Shown here: in pieces, positions 37,701 to 46,693 of the stretch | Layout of the letters: each line of letters begins with the position of its first letter | Position numbering within the stretch: the first letter of the stretch is position 1 | Assembly (NCBI GenBank): GCA_905178155.1 | Contig: CAJINV010000018.1 | Span: 1,338,190 to 1,402,189, forward strand | From: Amoebophrya sp. A120 | Taxonomy: Eukaryota > Protista > Dinoflagellata | Reading direction: 5' to 3' | DNA: 64,000 bases | Position numbers and translations under genes: made by a program | The notes under the pieces: model-generated | Told to the model about the DNA's origin: nothing | The model's database searches: none | What the model saw: only the letters and a program-made list of their open reading frames with translations

Positions 37701-38885
37701 GTATAATTCTTACAAGAATTACGAGTACCCAGTAGGGAATGCCACTGACCATTACGACGCGTGGCAGTATCCGGGTAGCAGTTCTTCCAATCACAGCTAC
37801 TACAACAACAAGCACAGTTCATCTTACTACGGAACAGAAAGCAATGCCGGCCCCTCTGGAGGTGGTGGCTACTACAACGGCTCGTCTTCAACGTCTTACA
37901 ACAAGTACCACCAGAATCAACACAATAATTCCTCCTCGTACGGCGCAACTCCTAATTCCTGGCGTACGACCAGCGGGGGCGATCCTCTGGGGGAGCACCA
38001 GAGAAACTACCCGACTCATCTGGTCTCCGAGGAGCGGCGGCGACAGATGGCTCTGCAGGAGAACTGGCGGGCGCAGCAGGCACAGGGTTGGAAGCAGAAC
38101 CAGGAGCGGTTTGGCAACGGAAAGGGCGTATGAACTGCAAAAATGTCTGGGTCTGCAAGAATGCCAGACTTGTCATGCAAATTTTCCAGGAGCTATATCG
38201 TCTGGAATGCGGGACCTAGCATGACAGATTCTGTGAGATCACTATCATGCCTATCCTGCGCGAGAAACTTCCTCTCAACTTGGTCAAAAGTGAACAGCTT
38301 TTGGTAATCACGCAACACAGATTTTTACATGATTCAGATGTAGCATGACAAGTTCCAACCTTCCAGACATCCAGGGATATTTGCATTGCATAGGGCGGGT
38401 GGAATTACAACAGTTCTTCCACAACCAGCACCGGTATCGTGAAGAAAAATCCCCCCTGCCCATACTCACAATGGAAGTTTGTGATGCTGATTTGTGGCCA
38501 CAAATCAGCTTTGTCTTGCATACGAGGCAAATGGGACCCGTGTGGCGCATTCCACAGCCAGGCTGTCATGCGCTTTTGCGTACTGCAAAGCTGTCTCTCA
38601 TGCCTGAGTGCTAGCGTTTTGCATACCTAATCAGGCTTCGGAAATGCCTGTAAGCGCTTGCTGCAATACAGCGCTGATTAGTGTACACAAATCCAGCAAC
38701 AGAAATTTCCGTTTCAATATGGGGAGGGGGCTTTTTTCACTTTGATAACCGGCGGCGCTTCCTCCTCCACGCCGAAGGAGCAGACCTCCCTCGTCTCCGC
38801 TGGGTCCACCACGAGTACCAACCCCTCCCCCGGATCCAGCACGGCCGGCAGTCGTGGCCTTAGGAAAGTGGACGCGCTGATGTAG
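16763..38885 (+). CDS. Cryptochrome DASH (photolyase/cryptochrome family); 20 introners plus one GT-AG intron (35338-35561)
   Basis: After in-frame removal: FRKTDLRLLDNRAL, MKDTYTGFRTYLE, GGERSGLKRL...YKQTRNGSLGNEYSTKFS, NDSTYWIVFELLWRDF, WCKGETGIPFIDSAMKEL, TGFMSNRGRQNVASFL, DWRFGAEYFE, HTPW...YKTPII; stop TAG at 38883-38885. Confidence 0.93.
17424..17690. mobile_element. Introner family A
   Basis: DR gacta. Confidence 0.9.
18355..18678. mobile_element. Introner family B
   Basis: DR accgc. Confidence 0.9.
18760..19262. mobile_element. Introner family A variant carrying a 226-bp insertion
   Basis: DR ctccg; 259 bp after removing the insert and one TSD. Confidence 0.9.
18899..19124 (+). mobile_element. 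5'-truncated retroelement 3' end, related to the large Penelope-like element
   Basis: 18-bp TSD gcatgacaaactgcgttt (18881-18898 and 19125-19142); 5' duplication cctcggtgctgagacagg x2; 3' motif gggacg-N4-gcccttag...catg. Confidence 0.75.
19494..20344 (+). repeat. Left pseudo-LTR (851 bp)
   Basis: Matches 30816-31666 at offset 11322; 5 transitions seen by eye. Confidence 0.95.
20725..21318 (+). CDS. Retroelement accessory ORF (W/Y-rich C-terminus), unknown function
   Basis: 197-aa ORF (ATG at 20749) inside the element, upstream of the EN ORF. Confidence 0.55.
   Translation: MPTSADCKMTTTTTDEDALLHYHGLRTSTDVHVHQATLSPQPVQAPVTEGIYQLRTAVAAPIQPSQPLPPTFRGLRTSIAGNGLRASYTRRPLDSAAIIQPYTDAVATDTQPVGAGVPQQVTRPPFRLLSTESQEDRCSWEPGKEYWTFSWGTLRWQYDFFRGTWRYEDSIHRANQQIQSWEDAGFRVENGEIRPQS
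21380..24133 (+). CDS. PLE polyprotein N-terminal part: GIY-YIG endonuclease and linker
   Basis: CCRAAKGNPCSLC; LVYLRRCSCGLSYVGK...RFHSH...WESFWIVALRTYYPWGF (Penelope-type GIY-YIG); CAC...GGHL and LLMRPKFR pre-RT motifs. Confidence 0.88.
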   Translation: MASHIQRPLMAEPNRNSTVARANIIGPHVPASRHVPSLSLQVLQKPSRPLAPSPPMENFLHAVSNSIVAVAEFCDVQQLYTSDLFAIKNDFKKEGLPVAWMADYSIPLQMKAASFKRHVLAPNNWYSDRLRPDLFTLDRAHMLQCCRAAKGNPCSLCSSASSDRFLQVSGKLLEVRAREQRSCDEAGNTSLVYLRRCSCGLSYVGKAHTGAGAGTRFHSHANHAERVCLEAEGHPMYARQKLYLSHAVTTDVLFCMDKVEANRTATLPDGSTMSQIDAWESFWIVALRTYYPWGFSLEFKDVTHPSAPRRRPCPEDAASMCRRLSEQGDVLKVQRLQRNLKRYVAAVQAGNNNFLPDTALVQTTHIGTPGLISPNPDAGRIFREPEAPQAGTPGTQDVGISCTQDVGISCTQESDEVLPAPHTSACVPVPRVQVFVGKRKSQRLVANEPELKRRSMLAPDQKTPLRPCRLSMRPRLVELPAEAKTPLLSAGPVVSPSRKSSMVQELFRRKFSTVRGSDDKRTAQRMIFTPVEEAKDHLLSLDDPGAANLPLAQTEHPDAAFSTKLPKTAAEVKKILLALVWLFFTLDPPQDFAASGRWLPVPSWHIGAAKFNTISWLLKILAGCSKQLLRALRLHLTTAYVLPQQQLFLLQELVESRLRLTKLADDKQTRDGKKAVIFFYHHKVVDMLNLRSTFRHVLSDRFLAFTYGPPVCLTTFSLRLKTIPASCSSLKCACADYRRYFDDGCTWGGHLAMPATAANIQVLCGPAFDSVVSSKVALLMRPKFRVEQKFSATKLLERVPIADQELIQDVRHFFWCNAVSEGDEQLAEVDWNRHCGRICSPDSGSRRQRPRSRAVRCVYVRMGQVHHCFRRSTEPPATLRFWVLRQSYFYHLDDVQKLVRGAVDGGSGNGWSWVFPD
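23859..27440 (+). CDS. PLE reverse transcriptase (+1 frame, open from 23859; first ATG 24057)
   Basis: LQQLFVFGYYDKA...MCKSL; PAYYAVIKGHKFP..RFIA; YDFERLYT; QVRGMPMG..PAP; RYLDD; TFLD; YDKTRVFPF. Confidence 0.92.
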   Translation, partial: PKWTGTDTADGSAAPIPVPDANGRVVERSAASTFEWGKFTTAFDVVRNLQQLFVFGYYDKATSTTWMMCKSLCAALLMEDLGMAGRGSFPTDTSSDYHRADFVEPLPKTSVPAASATVTSPVAELSKPKQPATFLPISSQASASNRVVRIEEKSSGNQLAVAPEILSSRSDVERRDGSSHQPTPANRGLYLQRNKFGLPATTSDKIEAMDRDLIEETKNELHNVKNLMQFVLRKSDRLLSLGQLTSTDQPHALMQAKIKLHAEIEAAIELALENLEKEQAGTKILRQLAEAEAARKAVQAELKQNIPKASVPLAASVNAVHVRPFPSALSGKRQSLMWKISAHAGWRVISKSLLRGIKGVGCALDMHRAAQAGLEKLAVFDLRAGITQTVTKQVLKPVAQSGCVVAFKHQQLYASTAILAKAPILQLSSGPEKCQWLSPIFVLSNAVVQILFRDETKRNFLQWAAESISLGLFSSKLKENPLPVTALDRWISKHEVAELLQMGMKPAGDTGDTSTTHTSLLLDADPLSAFELWLDDDTTEDPGPPPLSIIGAQPLDTSASTSSNLVPGPHLGVAVNLLDVAAGLAVDEEDEDLQVESNLFNDSSVNASNRSLLNSAAHKSSEDVVYARPAPEQWMDGSHRMPPRCATPRHADADTRAQDSPPRSPPTPAASRSSTSSRSSSTSNSASTSSSSSTPTLTSSESEDLPPPPPPVFNRAELAKQIPNLNSPSCWIKQGVDNRGCKIRPLLPIWQARRSSSFLSSEFPPAQQSLHEVYKATSAEQINEIVERLSSFAPALHAKVKQRQASAHPAYYAVIKGHKFPAYKMRFIAAATDKTVLHAPGKVLHLILSAVMQEFKARVWPGAWSVESSEEALSRVTAGGFAEFDGYDFERLYTGLEHSFLCHNLHQLNSCVFTAGGFQSVVLGYDKNRKGPEKEFAFLSRDAPSSSSWSLSDIDALVRWCCESCYIGIADVLFLQVRGMPMGITPAPRMADGGLSWSECVFVTSPAGQQCRFLQILRYLDDLLSPVQLPLHQIYPRALACKPETIGTVTTTFLDFFLDASIPRRLLYCMYDKTRVFPFYLSKFSSSASAVHPEAHQSAFCSAVIRAYKRNYLVVHFLRDVVELLARFTLNGTFRSSFPGKACKLLVSRHEVPKWFTTEKLVSTLGDWMRKMQSEIATILNPSWQRFQATVRE
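28692..29384 (+). CDS. Retroelement accessory ORF, Pro-rich, unknown function
   Basis: 230-aa ATG-initiated ORF inside the element. Confidence 0.55.
   Translation: MSFPREEHVFFGVKELDWTVAEERYFLRSNLPGSCFYTVPSPSRVSNWQDDDYAPWQLPRPHRFQRPAPLLAELGPDPSLLRTLRDPEQLPGRLSFDTAHALDIPLPFHSHETKHGWFSENKFYGQHLFSTPPLVRARREDLRQERAWVRAFNRNLSSPVPSSPPSVHALPANTGPRPVSPENHTRVNGVSPFLPSSPDHPVDRTDWSIFKIERILSSPAALLATTVRGR
29386..30303 (+). CDS. Retroelement accessory ORF, unknown function
   Basis: 305-aa ORF separated by 1 nt from the previous stop (TAA g ATG). Confidence 0.6.
   Translation: MALAHNSGSIFEFNLHEYRRLVGISSSSVHESPLPQLAEQPEPSPAQSRSARESVASSIKSFGENVCVVLNFDDADFPMPSYENTVRFVPSNPFRWKQQALHVLDESIAIQDATMEAARSPSRSFELLDFPPSPPFGYSPCRYFACLQQYQDDIIIQVPQQESINPFLMSPYSPLLSNPSIFQIEQIELDAMGWLPYTRHFPDPSPRQLSTYEINRSESAKRRRVGSPLQATLQVNISHECQQFVAFNEQLDENNVLRQNRLQLAANQEEDRAPGLTQKNAVAERRVFSPSPTPSELSLMAAGRL
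30816..31666 (+). repeat. Right pseudo-LTR (851 bp)
   Basis: Near-identical to 19494-20344. Confidence 0.95.
31832..32087. mobile_element. Introner family A
   Basis: DR cagta. Confidence 0.9.
32116..32369. mobile_element. Introner family A
   Basis: DR agagt. Confidence 0.9.
32590..32798. mobile_element. Introner family F-like
   Basis: tatcgcaagaaaaaactgtttcactgt...acagtgaagcactttttttgcacgata; DR cgaca/ccaca. Confidence 0.88.
32862..33080. mobile_element. Introner family G
   Basis: tatgaaagtgcacacctccccctcc...ggggagttgtgcactgtcata; DR agttg. Confidence 0.9.
33213..33497. mobile_element. Introner family C
   Basis: DR ggcca/ggcga. Confidence 0.9.
33797..34052. mobile_element. Introner family A
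   Basis: DR cgagt. Confidence 0.9.
34088..34245. mobile_element. Introner family D
   Basis: DR ccgaa. Confidence 0.9.
34413..34674. mobile_element. Introner family A
   Basis: DR ggcct. Confidence 0.9.
34740..35060. mobile_element. Introner family B
   Basis: DR aaaga. Confidence 0.9.
35611..35889. mobile_element. Introner family C
   Basis: DR cggca. Confidence 0.9.
35952..36113. mobile_element. Introner family D
   Basis: DR gtaca. Confidence 0.9.
36173..36423. mobile_element. Introner family A
   Basis: DR gctgc. Confidence 0.9.
36801..37073. mobile_element. Introner family H
   Basis: tatgacctgctcaaacgttacaatctcaaacgttaca...tgtaacgtttgagattgtaacgtttgagcaggccata; DR agggg/agcgg. Confidence 0.9.
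37118..37388. mobile_element. Introner family A
   Basis: DR gagaa. Confidence 0.9.
38129..38392. mobile_element. Introner family A
   Basis: DR gggcg. Confidence 0.9.
38435..38747. mobile_element. Introner family B
   Basis: DR accgg. Confidence 0.9.
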
Positions 38886-41800
38886 GACGAATTTGCTATG
38901 AGGAAGAACTATAGGCTTGATCTTGGTACTAGAGGCGTCGAACTGCACAAAGAGAACGAGAAGTGTTTAATATTAAACAGTTGGACTGATAAAGAATCAT
39001 TTTCCGAAATAAAAAACCTCCAGGGGAAAAACAAAAATAGAGGATAAAGTCTTCTACGCATAGTTAGTACCGAAATTTTTTATTGGCCACGACGTTCTGA
39101 AGATTTGATAAATGTATGATTACAATTTTATGGAAATGGCACAACACAACAACAAGAGTGGTTGGTTCTGTTTCTGCTATTAGGCAGCTCATCTTCGGAA
39201 GATGTTGGCAGAAGGCGGTCTGCAATTCGAATATGGAATGGCAGAAGCGAAGCTACATGGCGAGGAACAGAATCATCCACCGCTTTTTATGAAAAATGAA
39301 GCTGACAATTATCATTGTAGTTTGCCAGTGCAGGAGCTGCACGAATCATGGAGCTACTAGCATGATCATAAACTGAAGATCTATTTAGATCTTGCTTCTA
39401 TAGTTTTTTGTGCGTCGAGGTCGATCGGCAGACGGAGCTACCCAAAGGTGGTGGCACATAGGAATTCGATCCGAATTCTTGAAGTGCACCGAGCCACGAA
39501 AAGTATTGCTGTTGTCAGAGTTTACTTTACTAGATTTTGATGCGACCACCATCATCTCGGAAGGTAGGGAGAGATTGATACTAAGTATAATAGCCATTTC
39601 ACTTTAAAAATCGACAGAGTAGGGATCGATTCATTCATCATCATGCCACCCAGCAGCTGCAGGGCAAAAATTGGACGGACTTTGTCAGTAAAAAAATCCA
39701 AATACAGCAAATTATTATGACCACGCCGAAATTGATCATGCACCGTGACGACTCGCATAGCACCGACATAAAAAGCCCTTTTGATGACAGAAAATAGACT
39801 GAATAGGGTTCTTGTGAATTTCCAAACACTCCTAGGGCGGAAGTCGTTTTTCGTATTGGAAGAAAGCAGTGTAGACAAATTTAGTACATCCCGCCAAAAA
39901 TGACAACTGCGAGGTCGATGCGTGTGGGTATCCATCTGGTGACAGTCTGATAAGGCTACAGGAAATATGAGGCGCTTTTTTCACACAAAGATACTAGCCG
40001 CTATCTCTGCTCACAACAATAACAAATTTGCTAGTGGTGCTATTATTCATCTACTGACAAAACCGTATAGAAAATAAACTCATGATCTTCTATCAGCGTC
40101 GTGTGCAGAAGTTGGGAAGCATTTTTGATAGGGAGCAAGAAAGTATATCGGAAGGTTTTGATATCAAAAATTTTCGCATCTTAATCTTTTTCGAAAAAAA
40201 GCGACGACTTCTGAGTATAGTACTCATTCTTTTTTCTGTCAACAACTTGCCCTCGTTGACAGAAAAGTTCCAGTTAAATTTGTTATGGTGATAGTCGCAG
40301 TTTGGAAGCTCCTTATCTATCAGATTTTCGAGTGTGCGAAAGAAAAAACAGGACTTCAACATATCATTTTTATGCAGGGAAGATGAAGAAAAGATGATCA
40401 ACGTGGGGAGACGGGATAGAAAGTTTCTTCTATCGCTTCACATGGATCATCCTGCGAATGATTTCATCTTTAGCTGTTATTGTTGCATGGCTTGACCTTC
40501 ATTGGTATTGAATCCAATCTGAAACTGAATCAAATGTTGAAGCAATGTAGTTTCTTGTATTGAGCAGAAAATGAAAATCACGGCACCGTTTCAGCATCGG
40601 CTCAAAGAGAATTATAGGAGAGCTATTGTTCATTGTTGCGTTTTCCGCTTGGAAGGTCCGCAACGAACTAGCTCCCGAAAATGCTTCGCATGAATGAGTC
40701 ACAGTGGTTTGTAGTACCGGTATGAAGTTGTAAAACGATAGAGCATTAGTACAACAAGCAGCGACAATTATTATATCCATTCAAAATGATAAAAAATGTA
40801 CAAAAAAAGGAGCAATCTGCAACTATTATGGCTTTTGGGAGTTTAGTTTACATTGTTTCAATGAGGGCGAATCACCGGCAGAAGTTATGACACAATAAAC
40901 ACGGAAAATATAATACTAAAAAATACCTAAACCTATGAGATGAAAACACGTCGTGCTGTCCTACAAACAATGTCACTATTCGCTTTCATACATGCATCTT
41001 TTGCAAGAGCTATGAGAAACAAAATTGCCGAATACTTTAAGACTGACAAGCTCCGACAGAATCAGCCACACAATGCATCCCGATTGTGGAGGTCGGGAAA
41101 AAAAAGCGGATAAAAAAACAGTAAGTGACGTCGATAAAAATATAAAAAATACAACTATTAGCTTGCCGCGTCTGGAAGCTTCCCAGTTTGCAACCAAGAC
41201 TTTTACTTTTCTATCGGGAGGAGAATAAAAAATTGCAAAAAAATCCAAAAAAAATTTATCGTGCTCTGTGGTCCTTCTGGCACGGGAATTCTGAAACGCT
41301 GCTGCTGGGTAGGTTTGTTTCTCTTTCTCTTTGCCCCGTCATCCAAATCTGCTGGGGAGGAAGGAGAAATGTCGTGTTCTGATTGAAGCAGAAAGTTAAG
41401 TCCGCATGGCAGCCGTATCAGCGTCGATTCCTCCAGCGAAAGGCGTTCTCATGAATTGACGACTTCCCTCTGAGATTTATGTTACGGGACAGGCTGACAT
41501 CAATGTTCATGTTGGAAATATAAAAACGCGCTTGCGCAAACAAAGTTGTCAAAATTTCGCTGCACATTAGGATCATGCATGACGTAAAAACATACGCTTG
41601 GAAATATCTGCGATTGATGGTGCGAAAGCTTGTTTTTTCTTCCTATATCTTCTGTTTTCTGAAGACAAAGGTACAAAAAACCGGCTTGCATATTTACCCA
41701 GTAAGCTGTGATTGTGTGACAGTCGCAGTAGTAAGTAATCCAGCGATTCTGTCAAATTGATGATCACAGGAGGAGGTTCTCGTCGTGTGTCCTCGTGATG

Positions 41801-41964
41801 AAGAAGCAAACAAGATGTGATTTTCAGTATTCTGTCAGTTGTTCCCGACTTTTTATGAACTACGCAGCACATTGAAGTACTACTGGTTCTTGCCATTATT
41901 TTTCATGGCGTAGTATTTACCAGTATCCCGACCCAGGATATCGTCCTGTTTTTTTCAGAAAAAA

Positions 41965-44900
41965 ATGCTATCTGGCGCTTCATCCTCAAGTGCCCCTTCC
42001 CGGGTGCTGGCACGACGAACAGCGGAAGTGGCTCGACAACCCTCAAGAAGTAGCAACTACCGTGGTAGTTCAAGAAGTAGCAACTACCGGCAGCACCCTG
42101 ACGAGAATTTTTTCTCCCAGCCGGCGAATCATCTCCGCACTCGCCGGGTGGGCTCGTCTCTGCGAAAATTTTCGACTTCAGTACAACTGCCCACCTCCTC
42201 GTGCGTTTCAAGCAGTAGCAGGGTTTTCTTCAGGATGAACAGTCAACATGCAGCTCGGAGGTTACTGACGCAAAGCATGAGAGGACGCAGAGCCGTACGG
42301 TATTTCAATACTGCCCAAAGCAGCTACGGCAAGAGCATCACCGGGAACGTCGGGACCGGCGCGAGAATATTCAATGGGGCCAGACAACATCACAACTCGC
42401 ATGTGGTGCGGAATTTTCTAAAACTCACGAGTGGCGGATTGTTTCTCTTGTTCCTAGGCAGCAACCTCGCAGCAGTAGCGGCGAAACAAAGTAAGGAGAG
42501 TGAGCTAGATTCGCTGAAAAACTTGCGACGGGAGGTGAAGCATGTGGAAGTGCCGTCGCCGTACATACACTTGCTACTATACTTATCTTGTTTTTGCGCT
42601 GCTTGCATTGCGCTAGAATGTTTTATTTTCTGATGCGTTGTGAGAAGGAGAAGGCTTGAATTTCATTCGCCTTTTTGAGTTGAGTCACATAATTAAAAAT
42701 TGTCGATTCTTTCATGCGGCATTTTCTTCTCCAAAAAAAATCACAAACAGTTCCTTCTGGGCACTGGTGAGCCGATATCACACAGAAAAAAGCTGGCAGG
42801 TCATCTTTGTAATGCAAAAATAAGCACACAAAAAAAACTGTGTTGCATATCCGAAACAGCATGCTATGGGGCCACCCATGACAAATTTTTCTGTGTATTA
42901 TTTATTTTTGCATTACAAATCTGACCTGCCAGCTTTTTTCTGTGGGATAGCCGATTTTTTTCGCTCACTTGGATTTTTCTGCCCGCCGTCGTTTGGGCGC
43001 CTTACTGTCTGCTCTTCGCAACAAGTCACAGCGGAAAGATGATCGCGGACGAGCGCCTTGACAGGAGCGATCGCCGGGATGAAGATGAACAAATAGCGAA
43101 GGAACACCAGCTAGCTTCCAAAGATCAATATCGTCATGTTGAGCAGCGGACAAACAACAAGCTTTGGTGGTTCAAACTTCTGCGGGAGTCGTTGGAGCAG
43201 GCCTATCAAAAGGGAAAATCCCCCCTGCCCATATCACAACGAAATTTCTGATGCTGGATTTGGATACACAAATCAAATTTGTGTTGCAGTAGAGGAATGC
43301 ACGCAGATCCTGAGCCGAAGCGGGGGCCTTTTGGTGTAGGCACCTAGCATAGTAGACGGCTACCCTGTAGGCCAGACAGCATTACAAATCGCCTGCATAA
43401 CGTGGCGGACAGCCTGAGTGTGCCTGCTTGCAAGACGGACCCGCTTTGTGGCCACAAATCAGCAACGCAAATTTTTGGAAACATGCCGCTTCGATAGGGG
43501 GAGGGGGGGTTTTTCCTTTTGATAAGGCCGGGCCGGTGTTCATTAAGTGGGGGCAGTGGTCTATGGAAGCGTCAGGTTTGAAATCGACAAAATCGAAAAA
43601 TTTGCGATGCAGAAAATGTAGAGCACTGAAGGCCTGTATTGGGGAGCAGGCACATGAGACCCATTGTAAGCCTGTTTATGCATGGGTATGCAATGTGCTG
43701 CCAGCGTAGCATGACAGGAGCGATTTTCTTTGCCCAAACAGCATGACAGACTGGATTTGGGTGCTCCCGAAATTTGTCATGCGCCACCTGGAAACTGAGG
43801 CTCCAACTGACATCGATTTTGTGCATCACAAATTTTTCGACTTTGTCAATTTCGATTCTGACACTCCCATATGGTCGAGCACGCGCTACGACTTATTTCC
43901 GCTAGAGCTGTGCGAGGAGCTCCATCTTCTGACACAGAAGGCGCCCGCGCACAGTCCGGAAAAGACGCGAGAAATTTTGGAAAGGAGTTTCGGAAAAGAA
44001 ATCTTTGACGTTTTGGTGTTAGACGAAGGCACAGGTAATAGTTGCAACGGGGTTTCTCACGGAGCCTGCGCAATAAGTACCACAGCCGGCAGCACCGCTC
44101 CACAAGCTTCTGGGGCCGCAAAAATTCCCCTTCACCCGCTCGCCTCCGGGTCCATCGGCCAAGTGTACCGTGCGCAACTGAGAAACCCAAACGACAATGG
44201 AAAGAACACACGAGGGAGGAGCTTTTCGAAGAGTGGGTGGATATTCAGCACCAGTACAGCAACTTCTGCCGACAATGGGGCAGAAGTTCAAGACTCTAGA
44301 ATTAATGGTTCCGGGCGAGACCACCACAACAACTCCTGCTCGACAACAACATCCCAACTCGATAAACAGAACCTCCAAGAAGTGATTATCAAAGTGCAGC
44401 ACCCGGATCTAGAAACCGTGATGAAAAAAGACTTCGCGTTGCTACTTACCTTCTGCTATCCTGTGCAAAAGTATCGTACTCGTAGTAATCGCGATTATGC
44501 ATGACAAATCTTTTTTTCAACGTAAATCAGCATGAGAAATTCCATTTGTCACGCTGAGCAAATTTGTAATGCGATTGCTACTAGTACGATGCTTTTGCAT
44601 TTCATATCTGCAGTTTCACCGACAGTATTTTGACGAAATGCAATCTGACCTCGTTCCGCTGCACGCGCATGATGAACCAGTTTTACCACCACATGCACGA
44701 CCAGCTGGACTTTGAAAAGGAGGCAGCGAACTTGAAGATCTTCAACAAAAACTTCAACCAATGGCCACACATTTCCTTCCCGAAACCGCGGTGCGCGACG
44801 AGAGAGGTCTTAATCGAGTCCTTCGAGCCCGGGGCGAGCATCTACGACTACATTCGGATGAAGCAGGAGAGGAACCTGAGCATGAAAAACAACAACGGCG

Positions 44901-46693
44901 GCAGGAGCAAACAGCTGGTAGAGGAGCAACAGGTAGAAGGGGGTGTAAGGAAAATAAGCAACGGGGACGAGGCGAGAACGAATAGTACAACCACAAAACT
45001 ACAGGCCGAAGCCAGAAGTACTAGTGTGGCCTCTTTAATAAACCTCGCGACGAGCAGCGCGGAACCTGTTGATGACCAGCTGCCAGACTTTGCGGAACAC
45101 GAACAAGATGACTACTGCACGATGGGAACAAGATGCGGGCATGAAGTAGACCACTCTAGTACAACAGCCACTCACCTGACGTCGGGCTCGACATCAGCAG
45201 GAGGAACAACGATCATGTCGAGGACATCACACCGACAGTACGGTGCTGAATCACCCTCAAGTAGATCAAAAACATCTGCGTGTAGTTTATCTGCTTCCAC
45301 CTCGTCCTCTCACAGCGGCACTTCATCTCACGAACTACCTCCGACCGGCAATAAAGCTGCCAAAGCCGGCAACAATTTTTTGCACAATCTCTTTCCAAAC
45401 CTGTTCCGCGCGACTTCGCCGTTCGTACTGGCGGAAGAGACGTCCGTCTCCGTGCGGAATTTTATCAGAAGAGGATTCGAACTGGACAGGACGTGCAGCG
45501 ACAGTAGTAGCGGTGAGAAAACAAGCAGCGAAAGTGGGAAGGACGATGAGTCCGCTGCTCACGATAATGAGAACCGTATAACTAGAAGTAAGCGACATGC
45601 TCTTGACCACGCTATTTCTACCGGCGGGGGCGGCGCAGCAGTTGTCAACCAAGGCACCAAAGTAGAGTCTGGTTTCATTAGTACACCCTCATCAACATCA
45701 TCACCAACAAGCGGAACAAGTAGAACAAAAGCTGTAACTACTTATGACCAATCTTCCGAGGTGGACTCCAACCTGGTGAAACTCGACTCCCCCTCTCTGC
45801 AGAAGCTCGGGTCCCTCGGCCTCCTCGCCTTGCTGAAGATGATTATTTGCGACAATTTCATCCACGCGGACCTCCATCCCGGGAACATTTTGGTGCGGAA
45901 AAGTTCGCTGCCGCCGAAGAAGCACTTGTTTTCCCGAACGAAAGCCCTACTGTACAGCTACGTTTTGAACGTGGGGAGCTACGAGGAAGTTCCCGAGCTC
46001 GTGATTCTCGACGCGGGCTTGTCGGCCTGCATCGAGCCCAAGAAGCAGGAGTTTGTGTCCGCGTTTTTCCAGGCCATCGCGACCTACGACGGGAGAAAGT
46101 TGGGGGAGGCGATTGTGGCGCTCAGCAGTCTACAGGGAGGGAGTGATGGTGATCAAGCGGGGCGGGAAGATAGTCGTGGTGGTTTCGATACTACTAGGAG
46201 TGGTGCTGGTGGTGGTGCACTATCTTCAAGAACATCATTTTCTACTTCTTCCTCGACATCTTCTTCTCTATTTTCGCAAAACAAATCTGACACAGCGTCC
46301 GCGTTGTCAACATCATCATCATTTCAAGACAAAGACTTCGGTGACTGTTTTATCGCGGAAATGGAAGAAAAATCCAAGAACTGGCAGCGGGTCCGCAACA
46401 ACCCGCAACTGTACCAGAATTGCCGTGCGGGCGACGTGATAAAGGAGACGTTGGATTGTTGTCGGAAGCACTCGATCGAGCTGCACCCAACCGTTCTGAT
46501 CGCCTCCGTGTCTGCCTTGACGTTAGAGGGCTGGCAGCGGGAACTGGACCCCTCGATCTGCGTCATGGACCACATTGAGGTGATTCTGCGGCGGCAAAAA
46601 TTGTTCAACGATCTGAAGGGCGAGGTAAAGTTCCGGAATCTCGACCAAATCGCCCACGGAGTAGACTACTGCCAGCTCGTCGAAGGGGTGTGA
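41965..46693 (+). CDS. ABC1/UbiB-family atypical kinase (ADCK2-like), probably mitochondrial
   Basis: GT-AG intron 42561-42750 plus 4 introners; AGPVFIKWGQWSSTRYDLFP, PLASGSIGQVY, IIKVQHP, QLDFEKEAANL, DNFIHADLHPGNILV, ILDAGL; R/S-rich N-terminus. Confidence 0.92.
42776..42949. mobile_element. Introner family E
   Basis: DR gccga. Confidence 0.9.
43204..43524. mobile_element. Introner family B
   Basis: DR aggcc. Confidence 0.9.
43562..43871. mobile_element. Introner family I
   Basis: tatggaagcgtcaggtttgaaatcgacaaa...tttgtcaatttcgattctgacactcccata; DR tggtc. Confidence 0.9.
44457..44606. mobile_element. Introner family D
   Basis: DR tctgc. Confidence 0.9.

Noticed and set aside
38900-41900. 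Gene in the AT-rich interval
   Set aside because: Only short, unlinked ORFs with no motif or joinable exons; a decayed gene cannot be excluded
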